Source: Candidatus Limnocylindrales bacterium
GTDB taxonomy: Bacteria; Chloroflexota; Limnocylindria; Limnocylindrales; CSP1-4
DNA: 64,000 nt
Assembly (NCBI GenBank): GCA_038214255.1
Contig: JBBQRZ010000014.1
Span: forward strand, 4,843 to 68,842
Direction: 5' to 3'
How positions within the stretch are numbered: the first letter of the stretch is position 1; the number at the start of each line of letters is the position of its first letter. The notes under the pieces are model-generated. The model searched no databases, had not been told where the DNA came from, and was given only the letters and a program-made list of their open reading frames with translations. Positions 18,321 through 27,980 of this stretch are shown here, piece after piece. A program made the translations under genes and the position numbers.

Positions 18321-21048
18321 GCCAACCAACACGACCGACACGACCGAAACCCGCCAACCCACGGCCGAGCTGCTGCTGCCCATCGAGGGCATGACCTGCG
18401 CCTCGTGCGTTAACCGGATCGAGCGATTTCTCCGCAAGACCCCGGGGGTCGAGGACGCGATTGTCAACCTCGCCACCGAGATGGCGACGATCCGCTACGT
18501 CCCGGACCTCGCGGACCGGGCCGATCTCGTCGGGGCGGTGGAGTCGGCCGGCTACGACGTCCGGCCGGAGCCAGACCGGATCGGCGGCGCCCCGCCGCTC
18601 AGCCTGGTCGAGGAGCTCGCCTCCGAGGACATCGCTCGCGATCGCGAGGCCCGGGCGCTCCTGCGTGAGGCCGTCGCCTCGATCGCCATCGCGCTCGCGA
18701 TCATGGTCGCGATGTTCATTCCCCAGACGCGCGTGCCGATGGAGACGATCAACTGGCTGGCCCTCGTCCCTGCGACCTTCGTCCAGGTCTGGGCGGGGCG
18801 CCGCTTCTATCGCGCCGCCTGGCGCGCGGCCCGCCACGGAACGACGAACATGGACACCCTCGTGGCCGTCGGCACTTCGGCAGCCTGGCTGTACAGCGTC
18901 GGCGTGACGCTGGTCCCCGCGGCCATCCACGAAGCCGGGCTCCATCCCGAGACCTACTTCGATTCGTCCACGATCATCATCGGGCTCGTCCTGCTCGGGC
19001 GGTGGCTCGAGGCGCGGGCCAAGGGCCGCACGACCGGGGCGATCCGCCGGCTCGTCGGCCTCGCGGCGACGTCGGCCCGCCGGGTCGTCGACGGACGGGA
19101 CGAGGACGTCCCGCTCGAGTCGATCATCGTCGGGGACCTCGTGCGCGTGCGGCCCGGGGACAAGGTGCCGGTCGACGGGATCGTCCTCGAGGGCGCCTCG
19201 GCCGTCGACGAATCGATGCTGACCGGCGAGCCCATCCCGGTCGAGAAGTCGATCGGCGACCGCGTCATCGGCGCCACGATCAACCGAACCGGCTCGTTCG
19301 TCATGCGCACGACGGCGGTCGGCCGCGACACCGCGCTGGCGCGGATCGTCGATCTCGTCGGGCGCGCCCAGGGCAGCAAGGCGCCGATCCAGCGGCTCGC
19401 CGACCGCATCGCCGGGGTCTTCGTCCCGATCGTGCTCGTCGTCGCGGCGACGACATTCCTCATCTGGTTACTGTTCGGTCCCGAGCCGCGCTTCACGCTC
19501 GCCCTGACCTCGTTCATCGCCGTCGTGGTGATCGCCTGCCCGTGTGCGATGGGCCTGGCGACGCCGACGGCGATCATGGTCGCGACGGGCCGCGGCGCCG
19601 AAGCCGGCATCCTGTTCAAAGGCGGCGAAGCGCTCGAGATCGCGCACCGCGTGGATGCGGTCGTCTTCGACAAGACCGGCACGCTGACGCTCGGGCGGCC
19701 GACGCTCGTCGACATCGCGGCGGCGCCGGGCTTCACCACGGTCGAAGTCCTTGATCTCGCGGCAAGTGTCGAACGCGCCAGCGAGCACCCGCTCGGCACC
19801 GCGATCCTGGCCCGGGCTAATCGCGATGAGCTCGGGTTCCGCCAGGTCGACGAATTCTCGGCCGTGATCGGGGGCGGGGTCGAGGCGGTAGTCGCGGGAG
19901 CCGGTGGCCCTTGGCGCGTCGTCGTCGGCAACCGGCGCCTGCTCGCGGTGCGGGGCGTGGACCTCACGCCCCTGGACCCCGCGATCGAGGGCGCCGGGTC
20001 GGCGGGGCGAACGCTGGCCTTCGTCGCGATCGACGGGCGGGCGGCGGGATTGCTCGCGATCAGCGATCCGGTCAAGGCCGAGTCGAGTGCGGCGGTCCGC
20101 GAGCTCAGGGCGGCCGGGATCGAGGTCTGGCTCGTCACGGGCGACGCCCGTGTCACGGCGGAGGCCGTCGCGAAGCAGGTCGGGATCCCGTCCCACCAGG
20201 TCCTCGCCGAGGTCCTGCCCGAGGGCAAGTCGGCCATCGTCGAGCGGCTCCAGGCTCGCGGTCGAACCGTGGCCGTCGTCGGTGACGGCATCAACGACGC
20301 GCCGGCCCTCGCCCGAGCCGATCTCGGCATCGCGATCGGGACGGGCGCCGACGTCGCGGTCGAGGCAGCCGATGTCACGCTCGTCGGTGGCGATCCGCGC
20401 GGCGTCCCGGCGGCGATCGGCCTGTCGCGGGCGACGCTCTCGATCATCCGCCAGAACCTCGTCTGGGCGTTCGGGTACAACGTCGTGCTGATCCCGGTCG
20501 CGATGGGCGTGCTCGTCCCGACGTTCGGGATCGCGCTCAACCCGGCCATGGCAGCGGGCGCGATGGCGCTGTCGTCGGTGTCCGTCGTCGCCAATTCCCT
20601 GCGCCTGCGGTCCTACGACGCGCGGCCGGACGCGGCTCACCGTGTCGCCCGACGAGGCGTGTTCGGGCATCTCCGCGAGGCCTGGTTCCTCGGCGCGATC
20701 GCCGTCGCCTCGCTCGGGGCGGCCGGGGGCGTGCTGGCGGCCGACCGCGCGATCGATGCGGGCGCGGACCACCACGCGGTGGTGGCTCGCAACCTCCGCT
20801 TCGCGCCGGCCGACCTCCACGTGCGCGCCGGCGACATCGTCGTCGTCCAGTTCAGCAACGAGGACCCGACGTTCCACGACTGGCGCGTCGTCGGGCTCGC
20901 GAACGTGGATGCTGGGGCGCGACCGGGACAGACCCAACGGGTCCGGTTCCGCGCCGACACGCCAGGCACCTACCGGATCGAGTGCTCGGTCCCGGGCCAC
21001 GCCGAGTCCGGGATGACCGGCACGCTCGTCGTGGACCCGCCAGACTGA
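18319..21048 (+). CDS. copA: Cu(I)-translocating P1B-type ATPase with N-terminal HMA domain and fused C-terminal cupredoxin domain
   Basis: [33 protein letters not shown] and MALSS motifs. After these come an extra TM and a cupredoxin (HDW...[11 protein letters not shown]). Confidence 0.93.
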   Translation: MPTNTTDTTETRQPTAELLLPIEGMTCASCVNRIERFLRKTPGVEDAIVNLATEMATIRYVPDLADRADLVGAVESAGYDVRPEPDRIGGAPPLSLVEELASEDIARDREARALLREAVASIAIALAIMVAMFIPQTRVPMETINWLALVPATFVQVWAGRRFYRAAWRAARHGTTNMDTLVAVGTSAAWLYSVGVTLVPAAIHEAGLHPETYFDSSTIIIGLVLLGRWLEARAKGRTTGAIRRLVGLAATSARRVVDGRDEDVPLESIIVGDLVRVRPGDKVPVDGIVLEGASAVDESMLTGEPIPVEKSIGDRVIGATINRTGSFVMRTTAVGRDTALARIVDLVGRAQGSKAPIQRLADRIAGVFVPIVLVVAATTFLIWLLFGPEPRFTLALTSFIAVVVIACPCAMGLATPTAIMVATGRGAEAGILFKGGEALEIAHRVDAVVFDKTGTLTLGRPTLVDIAAAPGFTTVEVLDLAASVERASEHPLGTAILARANRDELGFRQVDEFSAVIGGGVEAVVAGAGGPWRVVVGNRRLLAVRGVDLTPLDPAIEGAGSAGRTLAFVAIDGRAAGLLAISDPVKAESSAAVRELRAAGIEVWLVTGDARVTAEAVAKQVGIPSHQVLAEVLPEGKSAIVERLQARGRTVAVVGDGINDAPALARADLGIAIGTGADVAVEAADVTLVGGDPRGVPAAIGLSRATLSIIRQNLVWAFGYNVVLIPVAMGVLVPTFGIALNPAMAAGAMALSSVSVVANSLRLRSYDARPDAAHRVARRGVFGHLREAWFLGAIAVASLGAAGGVLAADRAIDAGADHHAVVARNLRFAPADLHVRAGDIVVVQFSNEDPTFHDWRVVGLANVDAGARPGQTQRVRFRADTPGTYRIECSVPGHAESGMTGTLVVDPPD

Positions 21049-21055
21049 CCCGGAC

Positions 21056-21550
21056 ATGATCGAGCGCCGACGGATCGACGCGCCCGCCGACCCGCGCGAC
21101 CTTGCCGGCGACTTCGCCCACCGGGTCGAGATCGACGTGCGCTTCCGGGACACCGATGCGATGGGCCACGTGAACAACGCGGTCTACCTGACGTATTGCG
21201 AGATGGCCCGCATCCGCTACTGGACCGACGTGACCGGCGAGCCCGTCGCCCCGGGCCACGAGGGCGCAGAGAGCCTGATCCTGGCCGAGGCCCGGATCAC
21301 GTATCGGGCACCCGTCTACCACGGCGAGCGGGTCACGGTCGAGACGCGCGCCACCCGGATCGGGCGGTCGAGCTTCACGCTCGAGCATCGGCTGACGGCC
21401 TGTGCGCCCGGTGCCGGCTCGCGCCTCGTCGCGACGAGCGAGTCGGTGATGGTCCGCTACGACTACGCCACCGAGCAGGCGTCCGCGCTGGGCGACGCGT
21501 TCATCGCCGCGATCGAGGCCTTCGAGGGGCGGTCGCTCAGGCGTCTGTGA
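21056..21550 (+). CDS. Acyl-CoA thioesterase (4HBT/YbgC hotdog family)
   Basis: VRFRDTDAMGHVNNAVY and IGRSSF motifs. Confidence 0.9.
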   Translation: MIERRRIDAPADPRDLAGDFAHRVEIDVRFRDTDAMGHVNNAVYLTYCEMARIRYWTDVTGEPVAPGHEGAESLILAEARITYRAPVYHGERVTVETRATRIGRSSFTLEHRLTACAPGAGSRLVATSESVMVRYDYATEQASALGDAFIAAIEAFEGRSLRRL

Positions 21551-22805
21551 CGCGGCGGAAGATCGCGACCGCGTTCTGGCCCCCAAACCCGAACCCGTCG
21601 ACGGCGACCGTGTCGACCTTCGCCGGGCGGGCGGTCAGGGGCACGTAGTCGAGGTCGCATTCGGGGTCGGGGGTGCGGAGGTTGGCCGTCGGGGGGATGA
21701 TCCCGTCGCGGATCGCGCCGACGCCCGCGAGCACGCTCGCGATGCCGGCGGCACCCACGAGGTGGCCGATCATCGACTTGGGCGAGCTGATCGCGACCTT
21801 GCGGGCGTGGTCGCCGTAGGCTGTCTTGATCGCCCGTGTCTCGGTCACGTCGTTGAGTTGCGTCGCCGTTCCGTGCGCGACGATGTAGTCGATCTCGTCG
21901 GGCGCCACGTTCGCATGGCGCAACGCCTGGGTCATCGCGCGGGCCTGGCCGCGGCCGCTCGGCTCGGGGGCGCTGATGTGGAACGCGTCGGCGGTCAGGG
22001 CGGCCCCGATGATCTCGGCGATCGGGGTTGCGCCACGCTCGAGCGCGTGCGCCAGCGACTCGACGACGACGACTCCGCCGCCTTCCCCGAGCACGAACCC
22101 GTCGCGCGTCGCGTCGAACGGCCGCGACGCCGTCTCCGGGGAGTCGTTGCGCTTGGACAGGGCGGTCATGTTGGCGAGCGCCGCCACGCCCATCGGCCAG
22201 ATCGGCGCCTCCGTGCCCCCGGCCAGGGCGACGTCGACCTCGCCAGTCTGGATGAGCCGGAGAGCGTCCTGGAAGGCGATGACCGACGTCGCGCAGGCTG
22301 CCACCTGGGTGATGACCGGGCCGGTCAGGCCGTACTCGATCGAGAGCATCGCCGCGCCCATCGAGCCCGACAGGGCCGGGACGGCAAACGGCGAGACGAA
22401 GCGCGGTCCTCTGGCGTCATGCACGTGCGTGCCGTCGATGATCTGCTCGATGCCGCCGCCACCGGTGTTGACGACGACGGCCACGCGGTCCCGCTGCTCG
22501 GGGGTCATGGCCGCGAAATCGATCCCGGAATCGGCGACGGCCTCCTTGCCGGCCGCCATCGCGAAATGGATGAAGCGGCTCATCCGGCGGGCCATCTTCG
22601 GGTCCATCGCCCTGGCGGGATCGAAGTCGAGGACCTCGGCCGCGATCCGGACTTCGTGCGCCGACGCATCGAAGCTGCGGATCGTGCGCGTGCCCGTGAC
22701 GCCGGCGACGAGATTCGACCAATACGTCGGGAAGTCATTCCCGATCGGCATGACCGCGCCCAGCCCCGTGATGACGGCACGCCGCGCAGGATCGCGTTCA
22801 GGCAC
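21537..22805 (-). CDS. fabF: Beta-ketoacyl-ACP synthase II, copy 2
   Basis: VITGLG, AACATS (Cys), HGTAT, KSMIGHLVGAAG, GFGFGGQN. Confidence 0.88.
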   Translation of the reverse strand: MPERDPARRAVITGLGAVMPIGNDFPTYWSNLVAGVTGTRTIRSFDASAHEVRIAAEVLDFDPARAMDPKMARRMSRFIHFAMAAGKEAVADSGIDFAAMTPEQRDRVAVVVNTGGGGIEQIIDGTHVHDARGPRFVSPFAVPALSGSMGAAMLSIEYGLTGPVITQVAACATSVIAFQDALRLIQTGEVDVALAGGTEAPIWPMGVAALANMTALSKRNDSPETASRPFDATRDGFVLGEGGGVVVVESLAHALERGATPIAEIIGAALTADAFHISAPEPSGRGQARAMTQALRHANVAPDEIDYIVAHGTATQLNDVTETRAIKTAYGDHARKVAISSPKSMIGHLVGAAGIASVLAGVGAIRDGIIPPTANLRTPDPECDLDYVPLTARPAKVDTVAVDGFGFGGQNAVAIFRRVTDA

Positions 22806-22961
22806 AGATCAACCTCGTGGTGGGATCGGCCCGATTGTAGGCATGGATCGACGGTGCTGACCGGCGTCGGCTGGCAAGGCGCCGCCGAGGACCCGAGCGA
22901 GCGCGCTCAGTCGCCCGTGAGCGAGGGCCCGCAGGCGGCAACGTCGCCAGCCGGCGATCCG

Positions 22962-24236
22962 TCAGTCACCGTCATAGCGCTTGAAGATCACCGCGCCGTT
23001 GTGCCCGCCGAGGCCGATGTTGTTCGAGAGCGCGTAGCGGATCGGGTGCGACTGCGTCTCGGGCACGACCCAAAGGTCGCACTCGGGGTCGGGATCGCGG
23101 AAGTTGATCGTGCCGGGCGCGCATTGCTCGGCGACCGACATGACCGTCGCGAACGCCTCGAACGCCCCGGCCGCGCCCATCATGTGGCCGGTCATCGACT
23201 TGGTCGCGCTGATGCCGATCGCCCGCGCGTCGCGCCCCGCCCGCGCCCCGAAGACGGTGTGGATCGCCTCGGCCTCGCGCTTGTCGCCGAGCGGCGTCGA
23301 GGTCCCGTGCGGGTTGATGAGGTCGACCTCGTCGGCCGGGACCCCACGCCGATCAAGGGCCATCTGCATCGCCCGGGCCGATCCGATCCCGGCGTCGATC
23401 GGCTGGATCATGTCCCAGCCATCGGCCGCCGAGCCGTAACCGACGACCTCGGCGTAGATCGTCGCCCCGCGCGCCTTGGCGATCTCGAGGTCCTCGAGGA
23501 AGAGCGAGCCCGCGCCCTCACCGAGGACGAACCCGTCGCGCGTCGCATCGAACGGACGCGAGACGGTCTGGAGCGGCTCGCCGGGGCGGGGCATGCCCAT
23601 CCCGCGCATATTCGAGAAGCCGGCGTGGGCGACTTCGAGGAGCGGGGCCTCGGTCGAGCCGCTGATGACCGCGATGCAGTCTCCGCGACGGATCGCCTCG
23701 GCCGCCTCGCCCACGTTGTGCGTGCCGGTCGCGCAGGCCGAGACCATGCAGACGTTGTGGCCGATCGCGCCGGTCTCGATCGCGATCATCCCCGAGCACG
23801 AGTCGACGAGCGCGTTCGCGATGAAGGTCGGTGCGACGCTGCGCGGGCCGCGCTCGCTGAGGGTGGCGTAGTTGTCGATCATCAGCTGCTGGCCACCGGC
23901 GCCGGAGCCGAAGATGACGCCGACCTCGGTGCGGTTCTCGTCGGTGAGCTCGAAGCCGGAGTCGGCGAGCGCCTGCTTCGCGGCCGCCACGCCGAAATGG
24001 AGGCTCGACTCGCTCCGCCGGGCGGCCTTGGGGTCCATCCACTCGGCGGCCGTGAAGTCGCGCACCTCGCCGGCGGCCTTGGCCTCGTACGGCGTGGTGT
24101 CGAAATGGGTGATCTCGGCGAGGCCCGAGTGCCCGCTCACGAGGTTGGACCAGGCCGTGGCCTTGTCGTTGCCGACGGGGCTGATGACCCCGAGTCCGGT
24201 GACGACGACGCGGCGGTCGTAGTCGGGTCGACGCAT
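22962..24236 (-). CDS. fabF: Beta-ketoacyl-ACP synthase II, copy 1
   Basis: RRVVVTGLG, SACATG (Cys), HGTST, KSMTGHMMGAAG. Start at ATG 24236 inside ORF 22962..24986. Confidence 0.88.
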   Translation of the reverse strand: MRRPDYDRRVVVTGLGVISPVGNDKATAWSNLVSGHSGLAEITHFDTTPYEAKAAGEVRDFTAAEWMDPKAARRSESSLHFGVAAAKQALADSGFELTDENRTEVGVIFGSGAGGQQLMIDNYATLSERGPRSVAPTFIANALVDSCSGMIAIETGAIGHNVCMVSACATGTHNVGEAAEAIRRGDCIAVISGSTEAPLLEVAHAGFSNMRGMGMPRPGEPLQTVSRPFDATRDGFVLGEGAGSLFLEDLEIAKARGATIYAEVVGYGSAADGWDMIQPIDAGIGSARAMQMALDRRGVPADEVDLINPHGTSTPLGDKREAEAIHTVFGARAGRDARAIGISATKSMTGHMMGAAGAFEAFATVMSVAEQCAPGTINFRDPDPECDLWVVPETQSHPIRYALSNNIGLGGHNGAVIFKRYDGD

Positions 24237-24262
24237 GATGGTGAAGTGCCTCCGGTTCGGGG

Positions 24263-25225
24263 TCAGACGGCCTGGGCGGCCAGGGCGAGCAGTCGGTCGG
24301 TCGAGGCCGGGTCGTCCGCGGAGACGAGCTCGGCGTCGGGGGCGATGCGCTTGATGAGTCCGGTGAGGACCCGGCCGGGTCCCACCTCGACGAAGGTCTT
24401 CACGCCGGCCGCGGTCATCCGCTCGACGGCCGCCACCCAGTCGACGCCCGCCGTCAGGTGCTCGACGAGCTCGGTCCGGGCGGCGTCGGCGGTCGTGATC
24501 AGACGCGCGTCGGCGTTGGCCAGGAGTGCGGGCGAGGGGTCGTGGAACGTGACGTCGGCGAGGGCGGAGCGCATCGCGGCGGCCGCCTCGGCCATGAGCG
24601 GGGAGTGGGCCGCGACGCTGACCGGCAGGACGATGGCGCGCTTGGCGCCAGCCGCCTTCGCGAGCTCCGAACCCGCTTCGATGGCGGTCCGGTCGCCCGA
24701 GACGACGACCTGCCCGGGGGCATTGCGGTTGGCCACGACAAACGTGCCATGGGCCTGGGCCGCGGCGACCACCTCGGGGAGCCGCGCCTCGTCGAGGCCG
24801 ATGAGGGCGGCCATCGCCCCGTCGCGGCCCTGGCCGGAGGCCTGCATGAAGCGACCGCGCTGGCGGACGAGCCGGACCCCGTCCTCGAGCGACATGGCGC
24901 CCGCGGCGACGAGGGCGCTGTACTGACCCATCGAATGACCGGCGGCAAAAGACGGAGCGGGAGCCTCGATCCCGACTCTGGTCCAACGCTCACGGAGCGC
25001 CTCGAGGATCGCGATCGACGCCGCGAGCAGCGCAGGCTGCGCATTCTCGGTCAGGTCGAGGCGCTCGGCTGGCCCCTCCCAGGCAATGGCGCTGATCCCT
25101 TCGCCGAGCGCGGAATCGGCCCGGGCGAAGACGGCCGCAGCCGCGGGCGAGGACGCGGCGAGATCCCGGCCCATGCCCACCGTCTGGGACCCCTGGCCGG
25201 GGAACACGAAGGCGAACGACGACAT
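24263..25225 (-). CDS. fabD: Malonyl-CoA:ACP transacylase
   Basis: FVFPGQGSQ, GHSMG, VSVAAHS, EVGPGRVL. Confidence 0.93.
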   Translation of the reverse strand: MSSFAFVFPGQGSQTVGMGRDLAASSPAAAAVFARADSALGEGISAIAWEGPAERLDLTENAQPALLAASIAILEALRERWTRVGIEAPAPSFAAGHSMGQYSALVAAGAMSLEDGVRLVRQRGRFMQASGQGRDGAMAALIGLDEARLPEVVAAAQAHGTFVVANRNAPGQVVVSGDRTAIEAGSELAKAAGAKRAIVLPVSVAAHSPLMAEAAAAMRSALADVTFHDPSPALLANADARLITTADAARTELVEHLTAGVDWVAAVERMTAAGVKTFVEVGPGRVLTGLIKRIAPDAELVSADDPASTDRLLALAAQAV

Positions 25226-25270
25226 CGGGGCTAAGCGTAGCCGCGGCGATACCGGGAACGGTCGATTCGC

Positions 25271-25284
25271 GTGCAGGCTTGCAC
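25271..25284. promoter_or_regulatory. Palindrome between the divergent fabD and marR promoters; candidate operator
   Basis: GTGCAGGCTTGCAC. Its right half TTGCAC lies 18 nt before TACGCT (25303-25308) upstream of the MarR ATG. Confidence 0.4.
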
Positions 25285-25317
25285 CCGTTCCCGCTCGCCC
25301 GCTACGCTATCCGGAGC

Positions 25318-25902
25318 ATGGCCGTCGACCGCCCGACCCGCTCGATCTCGCGCCCCGCACCCCGCCGGGCGATCGCGCGCCGGTTCGAAGCCGACCTATC
25401 CGCCCCGGTCCTGGCGGCCGGCAACCGGCTCCCCAACGTGCGTCAGATCAGCGAACGGGTGGCGATGGGGCGAGCGCTCTGGCGCGAGCTCGTCATCGGG
25501 TTCGCCAGTCAGCTCGGGGAGCTGCGCCTCGGCTTCACCCAGCTCGCGGCCCTGTACGTCCTCGCCGACGGCAGCACGCTCACGATCGGGGAGTTGGCCG
25601 ACGCGATCAACCGGTCGCCCTCGGCGACGAGCCGGCTCATCGACGGTCTCGCCAGGCGCCGCCTCGTGGAACGGCACGCCGAGGAGGAGGATCGCCGCCA
25701 GAAGACGCTCCGGCTCACGCCCCGGGGCCACGCCGTCCTCCGGGTGGTGGACCGGGCTCGGGCGGACCAGTTCCTCTCCGCGGTACGCCCGCTGCCCACC
25801 GCCGAGCGCGCGATCGTGGCCATGGGCGTCGCTGCGTTGGCGACGCATGCGATCAGTCGCCGCGGGCGGCTCATCCGGGCCACGCGCGAACCCGGCACCT
25901 GA
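25318..25902 (+). CDS. MarR family transcriptional regulator
   Basis: TIGELADAINRSPSATSRLIDGL...LVER...DRRQKTLRLTPRG winged helix. Confidence 0.88.
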   Translation: MAVDRPTRSISRPAPRRAIARRFEADLSAPVLAAGNRLPNVRQISERVAMGRALWRELVIGFASQLGELRLGFTQLAALYVLADGSTLTIGELADAINRSPSATSRLIDGLARRRLVERHAEEEDRRQKTLRLTPRGHAVLRVVDRARADQFLSAVRPLPTAERAIVAMGVAALATHAISRRGRLIRATREPGT

Positions 25903-25943
25903 GTCACGACCCCGGAGTACGCTCCGCGCGCTAGGAGGTCCCG

Positions 25944-26159
25944 ATGGATCCACGAATCCTCCAGATGACGCTTCGGCTGGAGCATCAGCACAACGACGGG
26001 TCGTGGGGAAGCTACGAACCGCGCGTGCACCACGACCCGGCGGACCACGATCCCGAGCGCGACTGGGCCAAGCCCATCACCTACGTCTGCTCGACGTGCC
26101 TGGACGAGATCGTCGTCAGGACCGAGCAGACCGCTCCCCTCGACCGGGCAGAAGCCTAG
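25944..26159 (+). CDS. Small hypothetical protein with His cluster and CxxC
   Basis: AGGAGG RBS; HQH...HHDPADH...YVCSTC; coding-like codon usage. Confidence 0.7.
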   Translation: MDPRILQMTLRLEHQHNDGSWGSYEPRVHHDPADHDPERDWAKPITYVCSTCLDEIVVRTEQTAPLDRAEA

Positions 26160-26174
26160 GACCCCGCCGCCGGC

Positions 26175-27608
26175 TCAGCCGCAGAAGCGCCGCACGACGT
26201 CGTAGAGCACCGGCAGTCCGAACCGCAGCGCCTCGAGTGAGACGCGCTCGTCGACGCCGTGGAAGCGCTCGAGGAAGCGCTCGTCGGGGTCGAGCCGGAG
26301 CGGGGAGAAGCCGTACGTCGGGACGCCGAGCGCCGACGTGAACTTGGCATCGGTCGCAAACGGGGCCATGACCGGCAGGGGGATCGCCTCGGGATCGTGG
26401 TCGCGCAGCGTGGCGGCGAGGAGGTCATAGAGCTCGCCATCGGCGGGCGACTCGGTCGGAGCGCCGAAGACGAACAACTCGATCTCGCAGGCAGCCGCGA
26501 GCTCGGGGCCGAGGCGAGTCACGAGCTGCGCTCGGGCATCGGCCTCGGTCGTGCCCGGCAGGACCCGGCAGTCGACCTCGACGACGGCATCGCCGGGGAT
26601 GACGTTGTATTTCACGCCGGCATGGACGACGTCGGGGCTGAAGGTGTCCCGCAGCAGTGCGCGCAGGGCCCGGGCGTACATCGGATCGCAGAGGGCGTCG
26701 ATCGCCCGTTCCGCGCCCCCGTCGCCGGCCGCGATCGGGCCGAGGACGCGCGCGAACTCCGGCGGCAGCGCGGCCGCGGCAGCCTCGAGGAAGCGAGTCA
26801 TGACCGGCGTCACGCGCATCGGGCCGGGCACGGCGACGCGCTCGACGACCCGGGCGGCGAGGAGCGCGGCGTTGTCCTCCCGGGGCATGGAGCCGTGGCC
26901 CCACGTCCCGCGGACGTGGATCCGGTAGGCGGCGTAGCCCTTCTCGGCGACCTGGATCGGGTAGAGCCGCCGGCCCCCGATCGTCACCGAGACGCCGCCG
27001 CATTCGTTGACGGCGCCCGCCGCCTGCAGCCAGTCCGGGCGATGCTCCGCGATCCAGCTGGCCCCGTCGATCGCCCCCGCCTCCTCGTCCGCGGTGCAGG
27101 TGAACAGGACGTCGCGACGCAGGCCCGGAACGGGATCGCGGGCCGGATCGTGCCCGGCGGCCCGTGCCTCGGCGACCAGGCGCTCCACGACGCCGAGCTC
27201 GAGCGCGACCATGCCCTTCATGTCGACGGCCCCGCGCCCGTAGACATAGCCATCCGCGATGTCGGCCGCGAACGGGTCATGGCTCCAGCGTTCCGGTGAC
27301 GCCGGTACGACGTCGAGATGCGACAGCAGGAGGAACGGGGCACCGCCGGTGCCGTCGCCATGGAGCCGGACGTGGACCGAACCACGGCCGGGGACCGGTT
27401 CGACGACCTTCGGCTCGAGCCCGAGAGACGTGAGGCGGTCGGCGACATACCGGGCGACCCGGGTCTCGCCGTCCGGAGCGTCCGGAGGGGGCGGGTTCAC
27501 CGAGGGGATCCGGATCAGGTCGCGCAGGGTCGCCACGAGCTCGCGGTGGGCCTCGTCCCACGTCCCTCCCGGGACCCGCGTGGACGGCGGCGTGGAGGTG
27601 GTGGCCAC
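26175..27608 (-). CDS. M20/M25/M40 family metallopeptidase
   Basis: SHLDVVP, GRGAVDMKG, ADEEAG, GHGSMP, FHGVDER. Confidence 0.9.
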   Translation of the reverse strand: MATTSTPPSTRVPGGTWDEAHRELVATLRDLIRIPSVNPPPPDAPDGETRVARYVADRLTSLGLEPKVVEPVPGRGSVHVRLHGDGTGGAPFLLLSHLDVVPASPERWSHDPFAADIADGYVYGRGAVDMKGMVALELGVVERLVAEARAAGHDPARDPVPGLRRDVLFTCTADEEAGAIDGASWIAEHRPDWLQAAGAVNECGGVSVTIGGRRLYPIQVAEKGYAAYRIHVRGTWGHGSMPREDNAALLAARVVERVAVPGPMRVTPVMTRFLEAAAAALPPEFARVLGPIAAGDGGAERAIDALCDPMYARALRALLRDTFSPDVVHAGVKYNVIPGDAVVEVDCRVLPGTTEADARAQLVTRLGPELAAACEIELFVFGAPTESPADGELYDLLAATLRDHDPEAIPLPVMAPFATDAKFTSALGVPTYGFSPLRLDPDERFLERFHGVDERVSLEALRFGLPVLYDVVRRFCG

Positions 27609-27613
27609 GCCGC

Positions 27614-27868
27614 TCAGCGGCCCGCGCCGGCGAGGGCGAGGATCGTCCCGATCACGAACCCCGCGGCCACGATCGCGACGACCATCGCGATGAGCAAGCG
27701 CCCGAGCCGACGCTCCTGGGCCAAGCCGGGACCTGGATCGGGATCGTTCCCGCCGGCGATGTACGGGGCTTTGAGACCCTTGGCGCGGGCACGCACGGCC
27801 CGGGGCGAGTCGTAGGCCTCTGGATCGGGCGGAAGCAGGGACTCCGCCGTCGGCTCGGTCTCGGTCAC
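27614..27868 (-). CDS. Small membrane protein
   Basis: 84 aa with a C-terminal TM (LLIAMVVAIVAAGFVIGTILAL); 5 nt before the peptidase start. Confidence 0.65.
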   Translation of the reverse strand: MTETEPTAESLLPPDPEAYDSPRAVRARAKGLKAPYIAGGNDPDPGPGLAQERRLGRLLIAMVVAIVAAGFVIGTILALAGAGR

Positions 27869-27980
27869 GACTCCATCATGCCGTCCCTCGGCCGACCGCG
27901 CATCCGGCCGCCCGGGCTGTCAACCGGTGGCCCGGGCCGTCAGCCGGTCGTCGCGCCAACAGCCGGCTGGGCGCGATCCC

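Noticed and set aside
21762-24926. 1054-aa plus-strand ORF and similar long antisense ORFs (e.g. 4865..6988, 37727..39610, 43512..45641, 58907..61210)
   Set aside because: They are antisense shadows of well-supported genes with strong codon bias and carry no recognisable motifs.
21537-25225. Type II PKS (KS-CLF pair)
   Set aside because: Both KAS copies keep the catalytic Cys and look FabF-like; no ACP, cyclase or tailoring genes are nearby.
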